This document shows, piece after piece, positions 24,851-34,802 of a stretch of 64,000 bases of DNA (positions are counted from its first letter, which is position 1; every line of letters begins with the position of its first letter). Where the stretch lies: NCBI GenBank assembly GCA_035495775.1, contig DATJFG010000186.1, forward strand, positions 13,791 to 77,790, read 5' to 3'. A program made the translations under genes and the position numbers. Source of the DNA: Verrucomicrobiia bacterium. GTDB taxonomy: Bacteria > Desulfobacterota > Binatia > UBA9968. The notes below the pieces were generated by a model. That model was not told the DNA's origin, did not search any database, and worked only from the letters and a program-made list of their open reading frames with translations.

Positions 24851-26044
24851 CTAACCGGTCGATTTCTTGGTCATCGGCGATTTCCTCGGCCGGGCAGTCT
24901 CGGCTACGGCCTTTGCAACGGCGGGGGCGACAAACTGGGTCGCTGTAGCCGTCCAATGGGTATCTTTCGGAAAAAACAGCAGTTCTTGCCCGCGGTAGCG
25001 AGACAGAAGCGGGGAAAGCGCAAGCGTTCGAGAAAATCCCGAGCGAAGCGCCGCCCTGCCCGACCGACTGTGGAAGACCATTGCCTCCGGCTGTAAGCGC
25101 CCATCTCGAAACTCGTATGCGCCTCCCAATGTTAATAGGAGCGAGCGCGCCCCAACGGTTTGGGCCGTCCTCGCCATTTCCGCCAGGATGGCGCGGGTGA
25201 CTTCGAACGGTCCACCTCTAGCTTCGTAGAACTGCGGTTGGAATTCTGGATATGAGGAAAGCTGCTTGGGTCCGGCATTGGCTTGTTCGTCTGCAGCGGG
25301 TAGCTTACCCGACGTCAAGACGGGCAAGAGCCTAACGCCGAGGAATTTAAAAAGATGGCTATGCGCGCGCAACCAGTTGGCGCCAGGAATAAAACGCGTG
25401 ATGCGCCGGCTCCGGGTATAATCGCTCGAGGTCTTTTGCTTTATCAGCTCGCCGCCGCTACCTAGCTTATAACCTACGACGTTATCGTCGAAGTCATTCG
25501 TCATGAGCAGTGTGACGACTACATCGGGCTGCAGCGGTACACCGAATTTTTTTAAAAAATTGAGTTCATCCGCGGTTGAATAACCGTAGACTCCGCCGTT
25601 TATGACCTCAAATTTTCCCGGATAATTGTGTTCGAGGTCCCGTCCTACCAGGTAGGGAAGCGTTTCGTTTTCGCTCAGACCATGGCCGAAAGTAAACGAG
25701 TCACCGAGGAACAATACCCTCGTCATGCCGGGCCTTTTAACCGGTGATATTTCGGCTCCGCGGAATCCCAAGGAGTTGATACGGATATCCGCGGAATATT
25801 CGGGCGAGCTCATATGGCCCCGCGCGTTCGGCCGCAAGCGGTAATCGACGTCGGGGTCTCCCATAATGACATCGGACGTCAAAGCCTGCGGCGCGAAAAT
25901 TCGAACCGCGAATTCACAAACGACGAGACCTACTGCAGATCCGATAAGGATCAGCAGCAATGACAAGACAATGGTTCGACGCCTTGTGCGTAGGTCTGAA
26001 CGCGTCTCGGCGCGAACGGCATCAACGACGTGCTCGCTACTCAT
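24851..26044 (-). CDS. membrane-anchored SGNH/GDSL-family esterase or acyltransferase
   Basis: N-terminal TM helix. SGNH blocks in order: FLGDSFTFG (I), NGGVYGYS (II), LLMTNDF (III), KDTHW (V). Confidence 0.75.
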   Translation of the reverse strand: MSSEHVVDAVRAETRSDLRTRRRTIVLSLLLILIGSAVGLVVCEFAVRIFAPQALTSDVIMGDPDVDYRLRPNARGHMSSPEYSADIRINSLGFRGAEISPVKRPGMTRVLFLGDSFTFGHGLSENETLPYLVGRDLEHNYPGKFEVINGGVYGYSTADELNFLKKFGVPLQPDVVVTLLMTNDFDDNVVGYKLGSGGELIKQKTSSDYTRSRRITRFIPGANWLRAHSHLFKFLGVRLLPVLTSGKLPAADEQANAGPKQLSSYPEFQPQFYEARGGPFEVTRAILAEMARTAQTVGARSLLLTLGGAYEFRDGRLQPEAMVFHSRSGRAALRSGFSRTLALSPLLSRYRGQELLFFPKDTHWTATATQFVAPAVAKAVAETARPRKSPMTKKSTG

Positions 26045-26160
26045 CGCTCTTCCTTCCTAGAGCAGGAGATGAATGTCGACTACGGAGGGAAAGAAACTAC
26101 CGACGGAAATCGCGCTCAGCGATGAAACGATCTCAAAGGTTCTACAGTAGGTATACCGAA

Positions 26161-27222
26161 TTATCGGGCCAACTGCCGTGGGACGGCGTGAGGTTGCAGA
26201 TGACTTTCCGAGTTTTCTGCAATCGAGGCATCTGCGGCGTTGTCTTGTGCCGGCTCGTAGGCATTAACGAAATAGAGCGGTCTTTGTTTGCTCTCGTCGA
26301 ACATCCTGCCGATGTACTCCCCCATGATCCCGACGGTAATCAACTGAACGCCGCCGAGAAACAAGATGACGACCATAAGAGACGGGTATCCGGCGACAGG
26401 ATCGCCGTAGAGCAGTGTTTTGGCAATGACGATTCCGGCATAAATAAATGCGATAACGGCTGTGACAAGCCCCAGATAGGTCGCCATTTTGAGTGGACCG
26501 ATCGTGAACGATGTGATGCCTTCGAGTGCGAAGTTCCACAAGTTCCAGTAATTCCATTTCGTCGTGCCGGCGTAGCGCGAGTCGCGGTGATAGGGAATAC
26601 CTTTTTGTGGATAGCCGATCCAAGTGAACAAGCCCTTCATGAACCGATGCTGCTCCCTGAGCTTACCGAGCGCGTTAACGGCGCGGCGGCTGAGCAAACG
26701 ATAATCACCTGTATCCGCCGGGATCTTTACCCGGCTGATTTGATTGATCACGCGATAAAAGATGTAGGCCGTCGCTTTTTTGAATCTGCTCTCGCCTTCG
26801 CGCGACATGCGAGTCGCGTAGACGACGTCATATCCGTTTTTCCACTCCTTAATGAACTGCGGGATCAACTCCGGAGGGTCCTGTAGATCGGCATCGATAA
26901 GGACGACGGCGGCTCCCTTGCTATGGTCGAGACCCGCTGTGACGGCGATTTCTTTGCCGAAATTTCGGCTAAGATCAACAATCGCAATCCGCGGATCGCT
27001 TGCCCGAAGCCTCCTCAGCACCGCGAGCGTACCGTCCCGGCTGCCATCATTGACGTAGATAACCTCTACAGTTTCATTAATGCTCGCTAGGACCGCACTC
27101 AGCCGTTTATGGAACTGGGGCAGTACGTCTTGCTCGTTGTAAGCGGGAACGATAATGGAAAACTCAACCGCGGCGGCTGTGTTTGATTCCACGGTGGTGC
27201 AATCAACCGTTTCTGACGGCAT
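26161..27222 (-). CDS. GT2 polyprenyl-phosphate glycosyltransferase (GtrB/ArnC/DPM1-like)
   Basis: FSIIVPAYNEQ..VIYVNDGSRDGT..IDADLQDPPELIPQFIKEW..GYDVVYATR plus two C-terminal TM helices, the standard architecture of this family. Confidence 0.85.
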   Translation of the reverse strand: MPSETVDCTTVESNTAAAVEFSIIVPAYNEQDVLPQFHKRLSAVLASINETVEVIYVNDGSRDGTLAVLRRLRASDPRIAIVDLSRNFGKEIAVTAGLDHSKGAAVVLIDADLQDPPELIPQFIKEWKNGYDVVYATRMSREGESRFKKATAYIFYRVINQISRVKIPADTGDYRLLSRRAVNALGKLREQHRFMKGLFTWIGYPQKGIPYHRDSRYAGTTKWNYWNLWNFALEGITSFTIGPLKMATYLGLVTAVIAFIYAGIVIAKTLLYGDPVAGYPSLMVVILFLGGVQLITVGIMGEYIGRMFDESKQRPLYFVNAYEPAQDNAADASIAENSESHLQPHAVPRQLAR

Positions 27223-28819
27223 GTTGTTCCCCCCCGTTCTTGACCTTCACTCCCGGCTTGGCGATGAGGCTCAGAGTATCACCCGTGAGACCTAAAATCA
27301 TAGCCGTCGTCTTATGTTGCTCTATATTCTCTTTAAAATCGGACTCATCAATGATTCTTAGAGTGATGTCTTCGCGAGCATACGTCTTTTTAATGAAAGA
27401 TTCGCCGAACTCCAGCACCTTCAAACCCGGCATGAGGTAAACCGCGTATTCTGTCTGCTTCGTCGAGGGGTTTAGCAGAAGCAATTCACCCCGCGGGGGC
27501 ACTTCATCGATATAGGCACCGAGTTGTTGAATCAGCATTGCGGCCCGCTCGCCGTTCTTACGCATGAGCGAAGTCTTGTCCCGAATGGCTGCTATATGAC
27601 TGACGAACATAAGCACACAGCACGCCACAATGGCATGTTTAAGATAAGACCGCTTGGCCGCGTCTAGAATGGCACTCACTCCAATACCAACGAGAACGGA
27701 AAAAAACGGCATCAGATTATACACGTATAGCTCGCTGACGTGATTCAACAAAATCATGGGAAAAGCGGCGCCGATGAAACAAACCACCACCGCCGCTATC
27801 TTCAGGTCGCTTCGGCGAAGCCATAATCCATAGGTCACGGCAAACAGCAGAAGCATGGAGGCGCCGGCCGCCAACCCAACGATGACCGTTTCGCCTTTCT
27901 CAAAAGCCTCGAAGATTGTCACAGTGGATATCGGCACCGTGACGGCGAAGATATCCAGCAGGAAGTTGATAGGAAGATTTGATCCGATATGGAAATTGTA
28001 AACTCCCGAACCAGACGAAGGAGAGTTGGCACCGATGTGGGAATGGACGATGAGGTAGACGAAGAAGACGGCCGCGAAGGGTATTGATTCGGCAAAAACC
28101 TTTTTGATGAAACGAAATTTATTTTCGGCTTCGTAGTTCCGAAAAACCGTAGCACAAACGAGGATTGGGAAGAAAGAAGATGCGGCTTCCTTAGACAAAA
28201 GTGCCAGGGCGAACGCGACTATGCTGACAACATATGGAGTTATTTTCTTGACGCTTGCCGTCCTCTCTCTTCTCATCGTATTCCATTTGAGCAGCCCCCA
28301 AACACTGACACATCCAAAGAAGGTCGCTGCGACCTGGGAGAAGGTATCGACGCTTAGCAGCGCAAAGGCGCTCGCCTGGGACAACGCCATAAAGATCGCT
28401 GCCGAGAGTGCGGGAGTCAATGTATAGCCGAGTTCTGTCATCGATCTGAATATGAGGCAGCAAAGAAGCGCGTGTAACAGAAAGTTGAGGAGGTGAATGG
28501 GTACGGTATTGAGACCGAAGTTCTTTTGAATGATCGTATAAATGCTCGCCTGAAGCGGCCGATACCAGCCATCGGCATTCACCTGAACGAAATGGCGCAA
28601 TGGAGCCGTTGAGGCATCGATCCAGCCGAAATCGTCGCCGTAGTACTGAATGCCAACTCCCGGCAGATATATGCAAAAAACGAGCAGAGCGAGAACAACC
28701 AGTATGGCCGGCGTTGAAATATATCGCATCGGAGAACTGCTCACGAGGACGGCTTTCGAGCTTTGCGCATGACCTAAGCCGCTGGCGGTCAGAGATGAGT
28801 CAATCGTTGGTCTGAGCAT
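27203..28819 (-). CDS. GT-C-fold membrane glycosyltransferase (ArnT/PMT-like, tentative)
   Basis: Start moved to ATG 28819, 1 nt after the regulator stop. At least 12 predicted TM helices, an acidic motif YYGDDFGW in the first extracytoplasmic loop, a soluble C-terminal domain. Overlaps the downstream GtrB-like gene. Confidence 0.6.
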   Translation of the reverse strand: MLRPTIDSSLTASGLGHAQSSKAVLVSSSPMRYISTPAILVVLALLVFCIYLPGVGIQYYGDDFGWIDASTAPLRHFVQVNADGWYRPLQASIYTIIQKNFGLNTVPIHLLNFLLHALLCCLIFRSMTELGYTLTPALSAAIFMALSQASAFALLSVDTFSQVAATFFGCVSVWGLLKWNTMRRERTASVKKITPYVVSIVAFALALLSKEAASSFFPILVCATVFRNYEAENKFRFIKKVFAESIPFAAVFFVYLIVHSHIGANSPSSGSGVYNFHIGSNLPINFLLDIFAVTVPISTVTIFEAFEKGETVIVGLAAGASMLLLFAVTYGLWLRRSDLKIAAVVVCFIGAAFPMILLNHVSELYVYNLMPFFSVLVGIGVSAILDAAKRSYLKHAIVACCVLMFVSHIAAIRDKTSLMRKNGERAAMLIQQLGAYIDEVPPRGELLLLNPSTKQTEYAVYLMPGLKVLEFGESFIKKTYAREDITLRIIDESDFKENIEQHKTTAMILGLTGDTLSLIAKPGVKVKNGGEQHAVRNG

Positions 28820-28820
28820 A

Positions 28821-29714
28821 TTATCGAGCTTTGTTTTCGCCAACCGCTTGAGCCGGCGCCTCCGGTTTGGTTTCGAGCCAGTCTCGATCGACGTAGATGC
28901 GGCCGGGCTGCGGGCGATCTTGCTTGACTCGATCCCGTAAGGCGGCGTCCTGCTCCCGGATTAAATGGGGATTGATAAGTCCGCGGGTCAACGATTCGTA
29001 ATAAAGCCGCCCGCGGCTCTCCAAGAGCGCGCTAACACCCTGCGGCGCGTCGCGCCGGGTTGGAATCTTCATCTTCTGATAAAGCCCGGTCAACACTCGC
29101 TCGACGCTCTGGCGCGACGCGCTGACCAGCCAGGCGATGCCGTCATTCGTGACACCGAGGCAAATGTACAGAAGAACGGTAAACTCGAGATCACTGAGAT
29201 CTTTGGACGGCGAATTCTTGAGATTTTGGCTGAAGATGTCAGTGAACGAGAGCTCGTAGATGAAAACCTGCTCGACGGCGTTTTGCACGAGCCGCTTGGG
29301 CATCGCGCCTTTGTCGACAAAACCCCATACTTCCGGCTTGTGTTTTCCATCGTTGATGAGATTGCCGATTTGGTGCAGGTAGCTCGGATCGCCGGCATGG
29401 ACCGTACGAAAGAGAAGCCGTGTCTTGAAGTCTTCGTCCTCGGTCCTCGCCTCGAGAATCCGCCGCGCGATCTCGACGCCGGATACACGCGGCACGACGA
29501 AATCCAAGTCGAGTACGATATTTTCGATTTCTTCTTCCGCGGCCTTCGAGACCGCCTCGTCAGGAATCTGCGCCCGGTGGATCTCCGCATCGGGCCAGCG
29601 CTCGCGGATCCACGAACTCATCTGATCGATGGAATCCGGCGAATCATCGGCGATGAGGACCCTCAGGGGTTCTTTCCCGCCGTTATGATCTTTTTTCCGC
29701 GCTTTGGTGGCCAC
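28821..29714 (-). CDS. response regulator, receiver + LuxR/NarL-type HTH
   Basis: RVLIADDSPD...IVLDLDF receiver motifs. HTH LSDLEFTVLLYICLGVTNDGIAWLVSASRQSVERVLTGLYQKM. GTG start. Confidence 0.75.
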   Translation of the reverse strand: MATKARKKDHNGGKEPLRVLIADDSPDSIDQMSSWIRERWPDAEIHRAQIPDEAVSKAAEEEIENIVLDLDFVVPRVSGVEIARRILEARTEDEDFKTRLLFRTVHAGDPSYLHQIGNLINDGKHKPEVWGFVDKGAMPKRLVQNAVEQVFIYELSFTDIFSQNLKNSPSKDLSDLEFTVLLYICLGVTNDGIAWLVSASRQSVERVLTGLYQKMKIPTRRDAPQGVSALLESRGRLYYESLTRGLINPHLIREQDAALRDRVKQDRPQPGRIYVDRDWLETKPEAPAQAVGENKAR

Positions 29715-29726
29715 GGGTGGTTTGAT

Positions 29727-32036
29727 TTATATGACGCCGAGAATTTTAGAACCGTCGTCGAGCTTTGCCTCGGTCTGCGCGAGCCGGATCAGGACGGTTG
29801 TGCCGCCGGCGGTGGACGTCTTTTTGTATTCGATGGCAGCGCCGATGTCTTCGGCTCGGCGCTGCATGAGATCGATGCCGAAGCTTTGCTCGAAGGGCCC
29901 CCCGCCGCCGCGACCGTTGTCGCTGACGGAGATTTCAACGATACCCAAGCGCGGGCGTCTGAGCCGCACGGTTATCAGCGTGCCCTGCGAATGCTTGCGG
30001 GCATTGATGAGAGCTTCGGAGACGATGCGGTAGAGAAGAACCAGATGGGATTTATCGCGAAGACTGGTCGTGATCGCGTCATCGGTGATATCGGGGGGAC
30101 AGTCGAACTCGACTGTAAACTTCGGAACCCGTCTTCGCATTTGGATTTTCACGTCCTCAAGCCGCTTTCGGATGGTCGCTAGAAAACCCTCCGCTTCGAG
30201 GTCCTTCGGGTAGAGATGGTTCATGATCCTTCTAAGCTCGGTGACGACGTCGCTCAGCCGCGACTGAGCGTCGGCGAAATCGCGCTCATCGATCGCCGTC
30301 GCGAGATAACCGCAGAGCGTATTGAGGACCTCGTGGTGGATCTCTTCTCCGATTCTGAACGCCTGCTTTTCCAGATAAGTCAAAAGGCGCTCCCGGCGAT
30401 TCTCCAATCTCAGGACTTCACCTTGGAGCTCATCGACCCGCTCGAGCAGGGTCGCCAGGCTGACGCCGAGCGCCGTCTCGAGGTCGACGCGTGCGCGCTC
30501 CTTATCTTTGACGCGGTAGACCTTCTCCGCGAGCTTGCCCGAGATGTCGTGAATGACGGTGAAAATTTCCTGATTGCGAAACGTTGCAAGGGTTCGAATC
30601 GTTCGCATCATATCGAGGCGGATGCCGTAATGCTCGTCGGACAGGAGCGACATGAGCTTGATGTAGTGCTTCGGTTTAAACCATTCGGGATGCTGCCGCG
30701 CGCATTGATAACAAAGCGTTGCGGCATTCCAGCGAACATAGTCGGATTCTTCATCGAGGGCTTCGAATAAAAATTCGAGCTTTTCTTCCGTGTCGACGAT
30801 ACCTAAATCTTCATCGTCACGAAGCCGGTAATGAATGCCGCCGGCGCGGTAAGGCATGAGAAAAAGCTGACAGAAAAATTCCGCGCGCGGCGACAGCTGC
30901 ACCGATGGAAGCGCATAATTCAACAGTGAGAGAAGCGCCGCCGCCATATTCCGTGTCTTAGCGCGGCGTTTAACGTCGAGCAAAACCGATTCGAGAAGGG
31001 AAGGGTCCGAAGGATTCAGCAAAGTTTCGTCCGTCGACCGCGGCTTTGGTCGACGATCGGCTTCTGTCATCTGGCCGGCGACGGCGATCTCGAGAACAAT
31101 GGCGATAGCGCGATCGATAATTAACGCAAGGATGACTTTCGTCTCTTCCCCGGCCGATTCAAGTCCCGGCTCGTTCAAGCCGAATTGCCGATTCGAGTGG
31201 CTCCGTCCGTTTCCCCTCCGGTTCCTCGGCCGTTCCGCGGCGCTTTGAGAATTCTCTCTCCGGGGGGATGCGGAAGGATGCCATGCCGGAAGGGGCGCGT
31301 TTACGCGCAAGATCTTGAGAACCGAGGCCATCGAGTCCGTCGCCGACGAAGACTGGACAACGGTCTGTAGGGCATCGATGACCTCCCGGTGGGTTTGCGG
31401 CCGTGCCGTTTCAACTCCTGCTGCCTGGGGCTCCGCACGGGTCAGCGTCGGAAGAAGCCGATTAACGGTCTGAAGCTCCCGTGCCAGCCTTTCCTGACTT
31501 TTAGCGATGCCTTTCGCCGATTCGCGCTTAACGTCCACCAACATCTCATTGAGCGTGCGGAGAGTTTCTTCGATCGCGGGCGCCGTATGAAAAGTCCTTC
31601 GAGCGAGCGCGAGGCGGGTAAAAAGTCCTTCTAAGGCTCGAACTCGAAGCTGTACAAGCTGTCCTTCGGCACGAATGATTTCATGAACGAGCGCTAGCAA
31701 GACGGAAGACCGTGGCGCCGTCTCAAACATCACCTCCGTAAGGGGGTCTTGATAATGCAATTTCATCTCATCAAAGAGATCGCGCAAAGCGTCAGCCGTG
31801 AGGTCGGAATTAGCGTTGATGAGCGCTGACAACATGTCGCCAGCCCACGGTACGTTGGCCGTTTTATCGATCCAAGACGCCCGATAAAGCTCGCCGTTAA
31901 AGCGGATAAAGAACTCCCTCAATAGTCCTGCATCCCGGGACCCCGCGACTTCCCGAACAAAGAGCCTAAATGCTGAACTTATAAAGGGATCTTCCGAGCG
32001 GAAGATCTCTTCTAAGTTATGTCTTCGAACCGCCAT
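29727..32036 (-). CDS. histidine kinase (HisKA_3 + HATPase_c) with a ~530-aa N-terminal region of unknown fold
   Basis: H-box IGEEIHHEVLNTL and ATPase motifs ALINARKHS..VSDNGRGGGG. No clear TM helices or periplasmic loop. Start set at ATG 32036; the track's GTG 32081 is the alternative. Confidence 0.8.
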   Translation of the reverse strand: MAVRRHNLEEIFRSEDPFISSAFRLFVREVAGSRDAGLLREFFIRFNGELYRASWIDKTANVPWAGDMLSALINANSDLTADALRDLFDEMKLHYQDPLTEVMFETAPRSSVLLALVHEIIRAEGQLVQLRVRALEGLFTRLALARRTFHTAPAIEETLRTLNEMLVDVKRESAKGIAKSQERLARELQTVNRLLPTLTRAEPQAAGVETARPQTHREVIDALQTVVQSSSATDSMASVLKILRVNAPLPAWHPSASPRRENSQSAAERPRNRRGNGRSHSNRQFGLNEPGLESAGEETKVILALIIDRAIAIVLEIAVAGQMTEADRRPKPRSTDETLLNPSDPSLLESVLLDVKRRAKTRNMAAALLSLLNYALPSVQLSPRAEFFCQLFLMPYRAGGIHYRLRDDEDLGIVDTEEKLEFLFEALDEESDYVRWNAATLCYQCARQHPEWFKPKHYIKLMSLLSDEHYGIRLDMMRTIRTLATFRNQEIFTVIHDISGKLAEKVYRVKDKERARVDLETALGVSLATLLERVDELQGEVLRLENRRERLLTYLEKQAFRIGEEIHHEVLNTLCGYLATAIDERDFADAQSRLSDVVTELRRIMNHLYPKDLEAEGFLATIRKRLEDVKIQMRRRVPKFTVEFDCPPDITDDAITTSLRDKSHLVLLYRIVSEALINARKHSQGTLITVRLRRPRLGIVEISVSDNGRGGGGPFEQSFGIDLMQRRAEDIGAAIEYKKTSTAGGTTVLIRLAQTEAKLDDGSKILGVI

Positions 32037-32048
32037 TTCCCTTCGTTT

Positions 32049-32066
32049 CTGAGGGGAGTCCCTCAG
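32049..32066. promoter_or_regulatory. perfect 7-bp inverted repeat CTGAGGG-GAGT-CCCTCAG in the divergent control region
   Basis: Read directly. Lies between the kinase start (32036) and the paralogue-A start (32149). Confidence 0.3.
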
Positions 32067-32148
32067 ACAAATATGTATCACATCAGCGCCGGCAAGGGCA
32101 CTCTGACGCCACGCCTAAGGACTCATCTGGATAGGAGTGCACACGATT

Positions 32149-34596
32149 ATGTTTTTTTCACGGGTGACTTTGCTGATTATTTCCGCGCTAAGCGTGATGA
32201 GCGTTCATATTGGTGTGGCCGCCGCGCAGTTTCCCGGCGGATTCATTACTAAAAGCTACGACGCGCCGAATCGACCGAGATTGACGCAGTCTCAGATCCA
32301 GAGCTTTCTGCCCGCGGGACGGGGAAAGTTCAACTTCCCGGCGCCCTACAATACCGAAGGGATCCGCATCACCATACCGACGGATTGCGGCGGCGCCGAC
32401 TGCGTGGACTACGTCGGATATTCCTATTGGAAGAACATGAACAACCATCAGAACAGCGACACGATGTACATCGTGTTGGGGTTGCATCGCGGCAGCGGCG
32501 GAGACGGCCCCACGCTGTTCGCTTACAATAAAGTTACCGATGTGGTGACCAAAGTCGGAGCGCTGTTCGATCCATCGACGAAATGGAGCTGGTCGGCGGG
32601 CAACGGCTTTTACTTCAGCGCGACGCTGCCGACCAAGCTCTACGTGAATTACTGGGGCGACTCCACGCTCTTTCGCTACGACGTTGTGGACCACAGCTTC
32701 CAACAGGTCCTCGACATCGCATCTCGGCCCGATATCTTCGGCTCGAATCGCAATATTACGCAATATCACTCGAGCGACGACGACAAGGTGCATTCGTTCA
32801 CTGTGCAGGACTCGAACTTCACGATGCTTGGCTGCGGGGTTTATCACGAGGATACCGGCAATTTTCAGTATTTTCCCAAAACCGGCGAATTTAACGAATG
32901 CAATCTCGACGCCAGCGGCCGTTGGCTCATGATTCTGGACGGCTCGGCCGATCTCGACAATTACGTCGTCGATCTACAAAACAACAACGAGAAGATCATC
33001 CTCAACCAGAACGGGCGCTTGGGCCATTTAGATATGGGCGATGGATATGCCATAGGCGATAGCGGGTCTGTGCCGCTACCCCAGGCCTCGCTTCTCTATA
33101 AATTTCCCCTCGCAACCACGACTTATCCCGTCGGGCCGACAGTCTTCTACAATGTCGATTGGTATACGAGCATCGTGAATCATGTGAGCCATCAGAACCG
33201 CAGGGTTGGCGTCGCGCCGGAGCAGCAATACGCTTGCGGTAGCAACCTGGACGGTGATCCTTCGCGTGAAAACGAGATCGCCTGCTTTCGTTTGGATACG
33301 AGCTATGACGCGTTGTTCGTCGCGCCGGTGATGACCGACATCAACGCGCCGGGCGGCGGCGACAGCTATGCCAAATATCCGAAGGGCAATATCGATATTA
33401 CCGGCCAGTATTTCTTGTGGACCAGCAACATGTACGGCAACCGCTTGGACGCGTTTATTGTCAAAGTGCCCTCGCAACTGCTAACCGGCTCTTCGCCCTC
33501 GACACCTCCGCCTTCATCAGGGCCAACGCCGCCGGTCATTAGTGGCGTATCCGCTCCTGTCGTTAGTTCGTCATCGGCGACAGTTGTCTGGACAACGAGC
33601 ACCAGCAGCGACTCGCAGGTGGAATATGGCACGACGACGGATTATGGAACCACAACCCCTTTGAACGGGAGCGCCGTCAAATCCCATCTGCAAGTTCTCG
33701 ACGCTCTCTCGGCCGGGACGATATATCACTATCGCGTTACATCGAAGGATTCGGCCGGTAATGCGGCGGTCTCCGGAGATTTCACCTTTGCCACGACCGA
33801 TTCGTCGGGCTCAGGTAGCGGAACGTCGGCCGTGTCCGTCGTCTCTCCGGCCTCGGGAGCTGCGGTCAAGGGGAAAGTAAAACTTTCGGCCAAGGCATCC
33901 GTCAGCGGCGTTATGCGACTGCAATTCCAAGTGGACGGCCGAAATGTCGGACCGGAGCGTCGTTCCGGCCGTTTTACCGTAACGTGGAATGCGGCGGCTG
34001 CGGTTCCCGGATTTCACGTTGTTACCGCAATCGCGCGTGACTCGGCAGGCAATACCAGCGTTTCGGCGCCAGTTATCGTCAGCGTCACTTCCGGCAAGGC
34101 CAGCTCCACGGGTCTGTTCACGCAGAACGTCGTATGGAGCAATGCTATCAATGTGACCGTCACGGGAAACTCAATCCAAAAAACCAGCGGTTGCGATGGC
34201 TGCGAAGACGCCGCCGCCGTGTCCTCGCAGCAATTCACAGGTAACGGTTATGTCGAATTCACCGCATCTGAAACGACGACGCAGCGCGCCATTGGTCTAA
34301 GCCGTGGGAATACGGGTACGATCCGGCAGGATATCGATTTCGCCATAATGCTATGGAATGTCAACGGCGGCGTTGTCGAAATCTATGAAAATGACATTTA
34401 CCGCGCTGGAACGGTGGGTTATACGCCCGGCGACGTCTTCCGCGTCGCCGTCGATCAGGGCATCGTCAAGTATTCGAAAAATGGCGTCGTTTTCTACACG
34501 AGCAGCAAGAAGCCAAGTTTCCCTCTGCTTGCGGATACATCGCTCTGGACTGCCGGCGCGACTCTCACAAATGCCGTAATTTCTAAGACACCCTAA
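32149..34596 (+). CDS. large secreted protein, paralogue A: unknown ~440-aa N-domain + Fn3 + Ig-like + ~170-aa C-terminal domain
   Basis: Start moved to ATG 32149 (AGGAGTG 8 nt upstream). Signal peptide ..HIGVAAA/QFPGGF. One Fn3-like module (VVSSSSATVVWTTSTSSDSQVEYGTTTDYG..YHYRVTSKDSAGN) and one Ig-like module (..VKGKVKLSAKAS..LQFQVDGRNVG..). Confidence 0.8.
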   Translation: MFFSRVTLLIISALSVMSVHIGVAAAQFPGGFITKSYDAPNRPRLTQSQIQSFLPAGRGKFNFPAPYNTEGIRITIPTDCGGADCVDYVGYSYWKNMNNHQNSDTMYIVLGLHRGSGGDGPTLFAYNKVTDVVTKVGALFDPSTKWSWSAGNGFYFSATLPTKLYVNYWGDSTLFRYDVVDHSFQQVLDIASRPDIFGSNRNITQYHSSDDDKVHSFTVQDSNFTMLGCGVYHEDTGNFQYFPKTGEFNECNLDASGRWLMILDGSADLDNYVVDLQNNNEKIILNQNGRLGHLDMGDGYAIGDSGSVPLPQASLLYKFPLATTTYPVGPTVFYNVDWYTSIVNHVSHQNRRVGVAPEQQYACGSNLDGDPSRENEIACFRLDTSYDALFVAPVMTDINAPGGGDSYAKYPKGNIDITGQYFLWTSNMYGNRLDAFIVKVPSQLLTGSSPSTPPPSSGPTPPVISGVSAPVVSSSSATVVWTTSTSSDSQVEYGTTTDYGTTTPLNGSAVKSHLQVLDALSAGTIYHYRVTSKDSAGNAAVSGDFTFATTDSSGSGSGTSAVSVVSPASGAAVKGKVKLSAKASVSGVMRLQFQVDGRNVGPERRSGRFTVTWNAAAAVPGFHVVTAIARDSAGNTSVSAPVIVSVTSGKASSTGLFTQNVVWSNAINVTVTGNSIQKTSGCDGCEDAAAVSSQQFTGNGYVEFTASETTTQRAIGLSRGNTGTIRQDIDFAIMLWNVNGGVVEIYENDIYRAGTVGYTPGDVFRVAVDQGIVKYSKNGVVFYTSSKKPSFPLLADTSLWTAGATLTNAVISKTP
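32224..33489 (+). repeat. copy 1 of a ~1.27-kb dispersed direct duplication (N-domain coding sequence)
   Basis: Collinear with 34878-36146 apart from one extra codon. Includes an 81-nt run identical in both copies (33061-33141 = 35718-35798). Confidence 0.9.
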
Positions 34597-34802
34597 ACTT
34601 CGCAGTTCCTCCTTAAATCCAAGGACATGCGGATGTCGAGGCCCAATCCCTCGACATCCGCGCCAGCGCGTCATGCCGTGCATCAGCGGCGGTTTTTCTG
34701 ATGCCTTTCCCTCAACGAATTATGTGTTTCCCCGCGGCTTATTAAGTGCATTCTGCGGCTTATTTGGCCGACATTCATGGTGCAGAGGAGTGGCTAGAAT
34801 CC

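Noticed and set aside
25960-26886. 308-aa plus-strand ORF opposite the GtrB-like GT2
   Set aside because: The minus-strand GT2 carries all family motifs. The plus-strand translation has no recognisable features.
28965-30182. 405-aa plus-strand ORF opposite the response regulator and kinase C-terminus
   Set aside because: It spans two real minus-strand genes and the gap between them. It is a shadow ORF.
32019-32252. 77-aa ORFs at 32019-32252 and 34673-34906 with similar C-termini
   Set aside because: They are off-frame readings across the duplicated 5' ends of paralogues A and B. Their similarity only reflects the DNA duplication.
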